Assembly: GCA_964016885.1 (NCBI GenBank) | Contig: OZ024745.1 | Location: forward strand, 39,308,001-39,372,000 | Origin: Eledone cirrhosa | Lineage: Eukaryota | Direction: 5' to 3' | Length of the DNA stretch: 64,000 bases | In this document: in pieces, positions 48,513-60,025 of the stretch | Position numbering within the stretch: the stretch's first letter is position 1 | Layout: each line of letters starts with the position of its first letter | Program-made: the position numbers and the translations under genes | The notes under the pieces: model-generated | The model's input: the letters and a program-made list of their open reading frames with translations, nothing else | Databases searched by the model: none | What the model was told of the DNA's origin: nothing

Positions 48513-48922
48513 TTATATGTATATACACAAACACACATATGTATATATATATATACACACAGATACATATATATATATATAACATTACAAAATATGTAGA
48601 AATAATAGACACACATGTTCATATTTTTTCTTCAAAGTCCCATTTGCATTTTCGCCGATCAGTGTGAAACAATATCTGCACTATAAAAATTCATCAACAC
48701 TGTGATGTTGATACGACTTATCAAGAGACTTCTCAGAAAAAAGGACTGTTTCTTTCGTAGCAAACGAGAAATTTTCGATAGACAACGAGAAATTAAAATT
48801 AACACGTGATACAGTGGTCACAGATGGGTAGTAAGCTGGACAACGAGTGAATACCGTATTTGCCAGAAATAGCAGTTAGTACACTCTAGGTTAACTGTAC
48901 CATAGGGGAGCTTTGTACAATA

Positions 48923-49102
48923 TAATAATATTTCTACTTTTGGCATAACGCCAGCTTATATACCGGTACTTATATATACTGGTACTTTATATTATCGACC
49001 CCGCAATGCAAAGTTAAACTCGGCGGGATTTGAACTCAGATCGTAAAGGGACGTAACTGTGCTGCAAAGCATGGCGTCTGACACTCTACCGATACTGCTA
49101 AT
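48923..49102 (-). mobile_element. tRNA-derived SINE
   Basis: Close match to 3156-3345. Confidence 0.8.
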
Positions 49103-50706
49103 GTATATATGTGTGTGTCGTGTCCGCCTTAACAAGTTTTGCCCGATGACTGATATATACACAACACGCCATGCATTCGTTTCCCACAGGTGCTTAACTC
49201 GGGTTTCTCAATGGCTATATAGATATATATTATAAACATAGCTAATCTGTCTACGCCCAAAGGAAAATGAAATTCACTTGCCCCCAAGGAAGCCCAGTAC
49301 TTATGGCACATTATTACTTGAAGGGTTACAATATTGGAAAGATGAACCACCACGCGTTATTACTTGAAGGGATACGATATCGGAATGGTGAAACTCTGTA
49401 ACAATAATGATTACTGTTTTTCTGTCACGTTGGATACTTGTTCATCGATAATTTGCTTGGAGCAAATTCAAATCCTGACGCTGGTCCTTCAAAATCTTTC
49501 ATTAACAAATTATTGGCCTGATACTCAAACAATTTGGCAGTCAGTCACACTCAACTGGTGGGAGAGTAAGGGTGAAGGGGAGTGATATACGATACTCCTG
49601 GAAGTCTCTAGTTTGAATTCTAAACAATGGTTTATAGCCATTTTAGAGGATGCCAGGGAGCAATTATGCTGGCAGTGTCCTCTTGTAACAAAACAAGTAT
49701 GGTAGTCATAGCACTGCTTTCACCCAACTAAGTTAAGGGCGTGTAAAGGGACGCGAATCATTGCTTGCTTACTTCACACATTTCGCGGCCTGCCGCATTT
49801 GTCTAGTTACCTAATATTGCATGCCTTGCTACATAGTTAAACTTAATCACGCACTATAGAGTATGCGCAAATACTCAAACTCTCATGCTTTGGGAGAAAA
49901 TTACCGTCGCTACACTCACAGAGACTTGGCTTCTATATTTATCACAGTAAAAGGAATTAAGAGAGGTACATTTGCTTTTTCTTCATTGACAAAAAATGGG
50001 AAGAGCACTGCATATCAGATGTTACTTTTACCATCAAATCAACATGACTACATCCTTGACTTCTCTGCCACAAAATGTACCGCGTTGCATACTGATAGGA
50101 ACACATGCCATAGAAAACAATGCTTGTGTTACACAAAATTATTTGCTTTGAGTCAGTTTGAGAAAATGTCATCTTAGAAAGGTTCAGCAAAGTCATGAGA
50201 ATAAGATTACCTCAACATATTGTGGGATTTCACCGCTCGAGCCTGAACAGGCTGTTGATAATGACGTGTTGCTTTAGGATACATTGCTGTCATTCGAATA
50301 TATACATACCTTAAAAAGCATAAACACATGTACCCATATAAGAATGCATATATGCTTATATGTGCAAATGTATATTTAGTATATTTCGAACTCGTTCATT
50401 CATGATAAGTCAAATCCATATTAGAAGATTTGAGCTAAGCTTCATATAAATATATAAAATTATAAATTCGCATCACAAGGAGAGTAGATTTTGTTTAAGT
50501 CAAACTAATGTCACCGTTATAATTAGTTGTGCAAATCGTTCGTGTGGTTCTGTGTGTATGGGTGCCTGTGTCTGTATGTGTTTGTGAGTGTAATCGTAGC
50601 TGTCATATTTGCAGTTGTATAAACATTTATTTTCGAGCGTATGTAAATTCAAACATCTGGTTCGTAGCATAACGATTATTAACATCAGAAACATATTTCA
50701 TATATA

Positions 50707-50789
<83 letters not shown>

Positions 50790-50857
50790 CAATTTCAGGT
50801 TATCAATAATGTAGTGATAATATATCGTTACGTTAGAGATGATGATATATATATATA

Positions 50858-51509
50858 TATATTAATAAGAGGAATTCCAACTTTGTCTGATTTACTCGTT
50901 TTATTTACAATCCTTTAAAATATATATAATGTTATTATAATGAAATAGTATGATAGAATATTACATTCTAAGTGTTAATTGAACAAGTACTTTCATGCTT
51001 TCGCAATCTTCAGGTTCATGATATGTGGTGACAGTCGAGTTTGCAATTTTCAACTGTAATGAGATGGGTAAATTTCCTACCTTTTATACATTTTATACAG
51101 AGAAAAGTGGCTCCAGAATGCAAAGCCCTGTAAACTGTATTTCGACCAATCAGTGTGTAGTTTCACTGAATTACTACAGCTGATTGGTTTAAGCGTCACG
51201 GCTGGTTGATCATGCTAACGACCAATCGTCATATCCAACGTATCAATTGTTTTGCTTTTTTGAAATGATGAAAATAGCATTTTCTATTAACCCATCACCA
51301 TCAACATCACTTTTATTATTATTATTATTGTTGTTGTTGTTGTTGTTGTTAGTGGTCGTGGTCATAGTGGTAGTAGAAGTAATACCCCTAGGCGTTATTA
51401 TTGTTCATTTAGCTTGGGTTTGAATTTATCAATAAAATTATTTTCTTTGATTTTTCTCTTGATTTCACTTGAGCTGTGTAATTTGTAGAATGGGAATATT
51501 ATAAATATT
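50858..51509 (-). repeat. Inverted copy of the ORF 3' end plus pLTR (reverse complement of ~55139-55785)
   Basis: Nearly identical reverse complement; lacks the last ~65 nt (tail) of the 3' pLTR. Confidence 0.95.
50980..51018 (-). ncRNA. Minimal type I hammerhead ribozyme (inverted pLTR)
   Basis: tgaac CTGAAGA t tgc-gaaa-gca t GAAA gtac TT gttca; palindromic stem III AAGTACTT. Confidence 0.8.
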
Positions 51510-51645
51510 ATATATATTTTAAAGGATTGTAAATAAAACGAGTAAATCAGACAAAGTTGGAATTCCTCTTATTAATATAATATTCTATACACAATCATAC
51601 ACACCCGTGTATATTTACCTATCTATATCTATATATATATATATT
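51506..51645 (+). repeat. 5'-truncated direct pLTR copy (matches 55714-55850)
   Basis: attatatatattttaaaggattgtaaataaaacgag...cacacccgtgtatatttacctatctatatc occurs at both positions. Confidence 0.9.
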
Positions 51646-51665
51646 CCTATTGTGTATATGCCAAC

Positions 51666-53015
51666 ATGTCTGGAAAGCAACAAATGAAACCAACAGAATC
51701 AGAAAGAATTCTAAAGGAGATATCATCGAAATTATCAACACTTATCAAGATGATGGGCACACAATCCTCTATTTTAAAGGAAATAGAAAAACAATCTACA
51801 GACGGAAAACTTATAACTGAACATATAAACTCTGAAATTAAGAATTTAGCTGAAATTATACCAACAGTTATCAAAGATACAAGAGAAAGCCTACCACAAC
51901 CCCCTTGGATGTCAGAAATAAACGAAAGAAATTTGGAAAACAAAACACATCGAATAAGAAAAGAAATGTGGAAGACATGGAAAAAATTCCTTAACATAAG
52001 AAAACAAAATTTCTGGAAAGCATACAGATGCGAAAAATATGTCGAAACACATTCGAAATGGCTCTCTCTAACGGCACCCATACTCCCTCGTAAATACCTA
52101 ATTACAGAAATTGCAGGAGAACCAGAAGAAGAAACAAAACTCCGATGGGAACTTACATTGACAAAATTCAGGACCGACATCTCCATTTCTGAATGTAAAC
52201 AATCCCGCTACAAAGCCAAATATGAAGCTATTGATGACCAAATTGAAGTTGAAATTTCAAAGCTAACGACTGGTATTATAGCTGAAAAACTACGAGAACT
52301 ATGGATCGGAGATATCTCAAAAGAAGAAAACAAATCAAGAAAGGTATGGCAGCAGAAACAATTATTTCTCGATGAATATGCTGCAAATTACGGTAAAGAC
52401 TCTGGAACCCTGAGAAAAAGCATTAAAAGTGGACAATCTCATCAACACAACATACGCCAGAACACGTGCCAACACAAACACTCACCTTACCTTGAATCGA
52501 AGAAGAACTACGGTAATAACTCTTCGCTTTTTCTACCAAAACACCCTATCGCACACAACATGAACAAAAAGCACAAACACGATAGGTATTCCTTTGACCA
52601 GACCATGAGAAGTAGTAAAACCAGGAGATCATTCTCAAGATCTCAACAGAGACTACCAACAAGGAATGTGGAAACAAAACGTAGAATAACCAGATCACCC
52701 TCAAGATCTCAACAGAGATTGCCCACAAGAAACTGGACGAAAACACGATCTAAACCTGAAAGCAAACCCAGGTCATTTTCCCAGATTGTTAAAAATAATG
52801 CTAACAGGAAGAAAATTAATATACAGAATACCAAAAATAGGACAAATTACATAACGAAACCAAATATAATGTCACGACCAAAAGTTCATCAAGCGAACAC
52901 CAACAGGAATATAAATCCTGAACAGAGAAAAATCCATTTTTTAACGTCAGGACAACAAAAACCGGAAAAAGAAAAACTCCAGGAGGAAACATACCCAAAA
53001 CAGCTGTACACGTAG
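51666..53015 (+). CDS. PLE ORF1, 449 aa: helical/coiled-coil-like N-half, basic RS-rich low-complexity C-half
   Basis: Uninterrupted ORF with GCCAACATG start context, directly after the pLTR. Duplicated SRSQQRLPTRN motif. No catalytic motif recognised. Confidence 0.8.
   Translation: MSGKQQMKPTESERILKEISSKLSTLIKMMGTQSSILKEIEKQSTDGKLITEHINSEIKNLAEIIPTVIKDTRESLPQPPWMSEINERNLENKTHRIRKEMWKTWKKFLNIRKQNFWKAYRCEKYVETHSKWLSLTAPILPRKYLITEIAGEPEEETKLRWELTLTKFRTDISISECKQSRYKAKYEAIDDQIEVEISKLTTGIIAEKLRELWIGDISKEENKSRKVWQQKQLFLDEYAANYGKDSGTLRKSIKSGQSHQHNIRQNTCQHKHSPYLESKKNYGNNSSLFLPKHPIAHNMNKKHKHDRYSFDQTMRSSKTRRSFSRSQQRLPTRNVETKRRITRSPSRSQQRLPTRNWTKTRSKPESKPRSFSQIVKNNANRKKINIQNTKNRTNYITKPNIMSRPKVHQANTNRNINPEQRKIHFLTSGQQKPEKEKLQEETYPKQLYT
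52937..52943 (+). promoter_or_regulatory. Candidate -1 ribosomal frameshift heptamer U UUU UUA
   Basis: ORF1 codons CAT TTT TTA give X XXY YYZ phasing. The -1 frame opens after TGA 52919-52921 and continues into the conserved PLE N-terminus. Confidence 0.65.
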
Positions 53016-55250
53016 ATCTTAAAATAATTAATTTATCTAAAAGAGATCTTGACAATGATGAAATGCAAATTCTGTCAAAAGGACTGAAATTCACACCGAC
53101 TCCAACAGTCAACCACCAAGAACTGAAGGAGGATACCCAAGAATTCTGTCGAAAATTACGTCTTGTAGAATTCTTCGCTGATAAAAATAATGAGAGTGAT
53201 GAATCACTAGTAAAGAATAAATCAAATTTCACTCCGCCAAAAGGAAGAAATATCTATCTCGACCAATACATTGACATCCTGTCTAAATTTCCTCTTAGAC
53301 ATAATACTAATGTTAGGCCAAACATTAACAAATCAGAAATGTCTGCACTTAAACGTATACAAAAATGATAAAACAATAATAATTAAACAAGCAGATAAAG
53401 GGGGTGCAGTTGTTATAATGGATACTGAATACTACAAGGATTTGGTTGAGGAACAACTGAAAGACACAACATTCTATCATGAAATACCGTCAAATATAGA
53501 CCACAACATCATGAAGAAGATCAACAACCTGGCTTCAAAATACAACAACTCATTTACTGATAAGGAAAGAGACTACATCACCAATTTTGAGCCGAAACCC
53601 AGCAATTTGTATGGCCTACCGAAAGTTCACAAGTCAAAAGAAATACAACTGGCAGTAATAGAACAAAACAGTGAGTACATTAAATTATTACACCCAAAAG
53701 ACTTAAAACTTAGACCTATTATAGCTGGTCCAACATGCCCCACTCACCGTCTAAGCAATTTTGTTGACATTATTTTGAAACCACTATGTATTCACATACC
53801 CAGTTTCATCCGGGATGATATCGACTTCCTGTCCCATCTTCCCAAAACCACGGAAACGAATTCACTTCTACTCAGTTTTGATGTGGTAAGCCTTTACACC
53901 AACATTACACATGATTTAGGAATAAAGGCGGTTAAATACTGGGTGGAAAAATATAGAGAAGTGATTCCCATTAGATTCACAGCGCCATTTATATTAGACG
54001 CAGTTAAACTTATTCTGGAAAACAACACTTTCTTCTTCAATGGAAAGAATTACATCCAAATTAGAGGCACAGCGATGGGAACGAAGTTTGCTCCCGTTTA
54101 CGCGAACTCTGTAATGGGATACTTAGAACAACAACTCTACCAAGAAATAGAGGAAAAATATAGTACTGACTTTAGAAAGTACATTGAAAAATCTTGGAAG
54201 AGATACCTTGACGACTGTTTCATCATCTGGACAGAATCTCTAGATACTCTGGATGAGTTCAATATCCTCCTGAATAACCTACACCCATCTCTCCAATTCA
54301 CAAAAGAGATGAGTAGGACCAAATTACCATTCCTAGATATAATGATAATCAAAAACGGCACCACCATTTCCACGGATATATATTATAAACACACAGACAC
54401 CCATCAATATCTGAATTTTAAGTCGTGCCATCCACCTCATACAAAACGCAACATCCCATACTGCCTAGCCAGAAGAATTTTTACCATTGTAGAAGATACA
54501 AATACCAGGTACAAACGCCTAACAGAACTAAGAGAATTTTTGCTCAAACAAAAATACCCATCTCTACTTATAGAAAATGGCATACAGCGGGCTATAAAAA
54601 TACCTATACAACAACTTAGAACAACCCAAGGAAGAAGAAACCAAGAACTGGTCATACCATTTATAATGGCACACAACCCATGTCACCAGAATATCTTCAA
54701 CACTGCCAAAGTAAACCTACCGATCATTGCTCAAAGTAATGAATTAAAAGGCTTAATCACAGATCGATCTTTGACTCTTAGTAAAAGACAGCAAAAAAAA
54801 TTGAAGCAATTGCTAACAAAAGCAAAGTTTGACCTTAACAACAAAGACCAATCATTCACTGTATCTAAATACAATGATAATCGATGCGGCACATGTCAAT
54901 CCATACACGCCGGTCAATATATGAAAACAAAAACTGGAAAAATATTCCCAAATGCAAATATGAACTGCAAAAGCAGAAATCTAATTTACTGCATTAAATG
55001 CCCGAATTGTGAAGAACTATATGTCGGTCAAACTGGAAATGCACTATCGGAACGTGCACGGGTACACCGTCAACAAATCAGAGACCCAAATGTCCGTCAG
55101 ATACCCCTAAGCGGCCACCTGGCAACATGTGGTCGGGGAATATTTATAATATTCCCATTCTACAAATTACACAGCCCAAGTGAAATCAAGAGAAAAATCA
55201 AAGAAAATAATTTTATTGATAAATTCAAACCCAAGCTAAATGAACAATAA
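52943..55250 (+). CDS. PLE reverse transcriptase plus GIY-YIG endonuclease (one +1 disruption at ~53361-53365)
   Basis: IINLS..L...E..ILSKGLKFTPTP; ADKGGAVV; LYGLPKVHK; LRPII; SFDVVSLYTNI; GTAMGT; RYLDD; LPFLD; YYKHT; RCGTC; NLIYCIKCPNC..LYVGQT...R...H...H; E..FI.KFKPKLN. Confidence 0.92.
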
Positions 55251-55414
55251 TAACGCCTAGGGGTATTACTTCTACTACCACTATGACCACGACCACTAAC
55301 AACAACAGCAACAATAATAATAATAATAATAAAAGTGATGTTGATGGTGATGATTAATAGAAAATGCTATTTTCATCATTTCAAAAAAGCAAAACAATTG
55401 ATACGTTGGATATG

Positions 55415-55565
55415 ACGATTGGTCGTTAGCATGATCAACCAGCCGTGACGCTTAAAACAATCAGCTGTAGTAATTCAGTGAAACTACACACTGATTGGTC
55501 GAAATACAGTTTATAGGGCTTTGCATTCTGGAGCCACTTTTCTCTGTATAAAATGTATAAAAGGT
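55415..55565 (+). promoter_or_regulatory. Candidate Pol II promoter in the pLTR
   Basis: Two GATTGGTC (inverted CCAAT) at ~55417 and ~55493, then tandem TATAAAA at ~55547-55562, upstream of the hammerhead. Confidence 0.4.
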
Positions 55566-55625
55566 AGGAAATTTACCCATCTCATTACAGTTGAAAATTG
55601 CAAACTCGACTGTCACCACATATCA

Positions 55626-55664
55626 TGAACCTGAAGATTGCGAAAGTATGAAAGTACTTGTTCA
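55626..55664 (+). ncRNA. Minimal type I hammerhead ribozyme (3' pLTR)
   Basis: tgaac CTGAAGA ttgc-gaaa-gtat GAAA gtac TT gttca. Confidence 0.8.
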
Positions 55665-55834
55665 ATTAACACTTAGAATTTAATATTCTATCATACTATT
55701 TCATTATAATACCATTATATATATTTTAAAGGATTGTAAATAAAACGAGTAAATCAGACAAAGTTGGAATTCATCTTATTAATATAATCTTCTATACACA
55801 ATCAGACACACCCGTGTATATTTACCTATCTATA

Positions 55835-55870
<36 letters not shown>

Positions 55871-55874
<4 letters not shown>

Positions 55875-55923
55875 TATATATGAAATATGTTTCTGATGTT
55901 AATAATCGTTATGCTACGAACCA

Positions 55924-55928
<5 letters not shown>
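55871..55928 (-). repeat. 58-bp inverted duplicate of the left flank 50653-50710
   Basis: Exact reverse complement by eye. Confidence 0.9.
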
Positions 55929-56002
<74 letters not shown>

Positions 56003-56005
56003 ATA

Positions 56006-56205
56006 TAGAAACGAGTAGGACCCCCACGGCTGATCTCGAGCCGTTTCGACGGCTAATTCTGGACAGAGTCCAGAATTAGCCGTCGAAACGGCTTGAGCTC
56101 AGCCGTCGGGCTCCTACTCGTTCCTATTACCCACTCTACTACCCTAAGTATTGAGTACTTTGGTGCGTTATGGTCCACCTGGTTCCTTACCACATTTCCG
56201 TCGTT
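56006..56205 (+). mobile_element. Fold-back family A copy
   Basis: ...gacggctaattctggac-aga-gtccagaattagccgtc... followed by the family A tail. Confidence 0.85.
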
Positions 56206-56263
56206 ATATATGTATATATATATATAAATATATTTATGTATATACATATATATGTATATATAT

Positions 56264-56325
56264 TAAATGTAAGTATGTGTGTATACGTACATACATATAT
56301 GTATACAGACGTACAGTAGCATGCA

Positions 56326-56417
<92 letters not shown>

Positions 56418-56789
56418 CAGGTACACATACATATATGCACGTATCAATTTACCGGACGCTTATTATGACGCCGCTTTCACCGACTTGACTCACTCGATAT
56501 GCAAATTAGTCTGCTCAGCCGTTAATTTTCATAAGGAAAGTATATACTTTCGAACGTTCAACTATCTGGCAGAAGGGTATACGGTGCTAATGATAGCTAA
56601 CAAGCTTGAAACTAGTACATCGTTCCTGTGTCAGTGTTGAACAAAAAGGTAACGTGGTTTCCTTAACAATGTACGGCATAAATTCAGGCTGTTCAGTTTA
56701 TTTACAAACGAACAAAGCGGGCGCTATAATAAGCGTCCGCTAAACTGATACCTACATATATGTATGTGTACCTGTATGTATATATATAT

Positions 56790-56880
<91 letters not shown>

Positions 56881-56995
56881 TGCTACTGTACGTCTGTATA
56901 CATATATGTATGTACGTATACACACATACTTACATTTAAGTAAGTGCCGTACTAAGAGTGAGAAATGAAATTTCGTTTTCATTTTATTTTCAACT
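56264..56995 (+). mobile_element. Fold-back family E copy with mutated hammerhead at 56582-56622
   Basis: 56264-56478 is inverted at ~56715-56940. Motif cggtg CTAATGA tagct-aaca-agctt GAAA ctag TA catcg. Tail matches 32720-32775. Confidence 0.8.
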
Positions 56996-56996
56996 G

Positions 56997-58020
<1,024 letters not shown>

Positions 58021-58355
58021 TTGTTTCACACTGAGAAACATCCTCGATTATATTATGACGACAAATGTTTTATATAAATATAGAGACACACAAAATAAAA
58101 CAATTATTTAGATTCTAAGATAATGACGAACGAGGTAGCGAAAAACAATTAAAGATTACATTAATGAGAAATAAATCAAAAAACAGTCTAAAGCAAAGAC
58201 AAGATTGTTAATTAGCAAGATGTGTATAAACAAATTAAGTAAAACACTGAGACAATATTTGACTGCTAATGTTTGATTTTGATATCAAACATATTTGTCT
58301 TAATTTTTTTCAAAAATCATCTATCTACTTATCTACTTCTCTATATATCATCCTA

Positions 58356-58439
<84 letters not shown>

Positions 58440-58714
58440 TAAATCATGTCTATAGAATCACCAGATAATATATATACCGTTTCCTCTCCCAATTAGCATA
58501 ATTAACCATATAAAAATCAATTAGACCAAGCTATAAGAATAAAGGCTCCTATGAAGTAATCTCCGACAAATAACCGAAAGCAGCCCCTTCGTGGCGGTTA
58601 CAACGAATCATTTATCGAATCTTTCTACAGCATGTATAAATCGACCAGATATACTGTCAACTAAACAGAATTAGGTGTAAAATAAACCATAAGAAAAGTG
58701 TACATATGTAATTA

Positions 58715-58790
58715 CCTCTACCATGGTTTCGTCCGCATTTTAAGACATCCGATAACATTGTATATCTAGAGCTTCGTATTCTTCAGGAGT
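58715..58790 (-). ncRNA. Hammerhead-like motif (family B, inverted arm)
   Basis: ctc CTGAAGA ...ggac GAAA ccatgg TA gag on the minus strand. Confidence 0.6.
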
Positions 58791-58820
58791 TAGCTCAAAT
58801 TTAGACAATTAATTTTCCAA

Positions 58821-58896
58821 ACTCCTGAAGAATTGGAAGCTCTAGATATCCAATGTTTTCGGGTGTCTTAAAATCCGGACGAAACCATGGTAGAGG
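58821..58896 (+). ncRNA. Hammerhead-like motif with 49-nt domain II (family B)
   Basis: ctc CTGAAGA attggaagctctagatatccaat gttttcgggtgtcttaaaatccggac GAAA ccatgg TA gag. Confidence 0.65.
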
Positions 58897-59012
58897 TAAT
58901 TAAATATGTACACTTTTCTTCTAGTTTATTTTACAACTAATTATGTTTAGTTGACTGTATATCTGGTCGATTTATACATGCTATCGAAATATTCGATAAA
59001 TGATCCGTAAAC

Positions 59013-59068
<56 letters not shown>

Positions 59069-59071
<3 letters not shown>

Positions 59072-59500
59072 GGAGTTATATTAAATTTGTTGGGATTGAA
59101 CAAGCTTAAACATGTTTTATAACTGATGTAACACAATATATTAATAAATGGAAACTATATTTACAAAGCCATATTTATTTTATTATACATATTACAAGGG
59201 CAACCAAGGCAAATTATGGTGCGCTATCATCAGATAAAATACAGATTCGTTTTATAATTAAATATTGACATACCCGGAAGAAAAGACAGCCTTAACGGTT
59301 GGAGCTTCCTGCATAGCTATCCAGGAAGCTCCAACCGTTAAGGCTGTCTTTTCTTCCGGGTATGTCAATATTTAATTATAAAACGAATCTGTATTTTAAC
59401 TGATGAAAGCGCACCATAATTTGCCTTGGTTGCCCTTGTAATATGTATAATAGAATAAATATGGTTTTGTAAATATAGTTTCCATTTATTAATATATTGT
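59069..59500. repeat. Spacer-less 368-bp palindrome (59133-59500) plus a 64-nt unpaired extension, in (TA)n
   Basis: Centre ...cttcctg c atag|ctat c caggaag...; 184-bp arms with few mismatches. Confidence 0.9.
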
Positions 59501-59520
59501 ATATATATATTTATATATAG

Positions 59521-59623
<103 letters not shown>

Positions 59624-59935
59624 TTAATGGCCTATGTGCGAAGGAAGTTCTTATCTAATGTTCCTGATACTGCATAACTGAATTTACGTATGATATTATA
59701 TATATTTATACACACACACACATACACACAAACACACACATATACACACACACACATACATACATACACTCACACACATACATACACATAAACGTACACA
59801 CACATACACACACACGCACACACAGATATATATATATATATATATTGGAAAAGTAAACAACAACAAAGAGTACAATTACGAAAGGTAAGGTGTCAGGTAT
59901 TTGGTTCACGCTATATATATATGTGTGTGTATATG

Positions 59936-60002
59936 TAACTAAGAAGGTGTGGTAAGGAACCAGATGGACCATAACGCACCAGAGTACTCAATACTTAGGG
60001 TA
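59936..60002 (-). mobile_element. Family A tail-only copy
   Basis: Reverse complement of ccctaagtattgagtactctggtgcgttatggtccatctggttccttaccac. Confidence 0.8.
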
Positions 60003-60025
60003 TATATATATATATATATATATAT

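Larger units (their letters stand above)
50858..55850 (+). mobile_element. Near full-length Penelope-like retroelement (Naiad/Neptune-like endonuclease) with inverted 5' pLTR
   Basis: Order: inverted copy of the 3' end, short direct pLTR end, ORF1, RT/GIY-YIG ORF, 3' pLTR. (TA)n on both sides. Confidence 0.95.
58438..59010 (+). mobile_element. Fold-back family B element with hammerhead motifs on both arms
   Basis: ~58604-58792 is inverted at ~58818-59004. TA flanks. Confidence 0.85.

Noticed and set aside
49863-50177. 104-aa ORF with faint similarity to a restriction-like LINE endonuclease (IDKK...DVT.P)
   Set aside because: Too degraded to support a call.
51647-54676. Antisense and nested ORFs (179, 138, 78, 79 aa etc.) within the PLE
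   Set aside because: Shadows of the A-rich coding strand, with no motifs.
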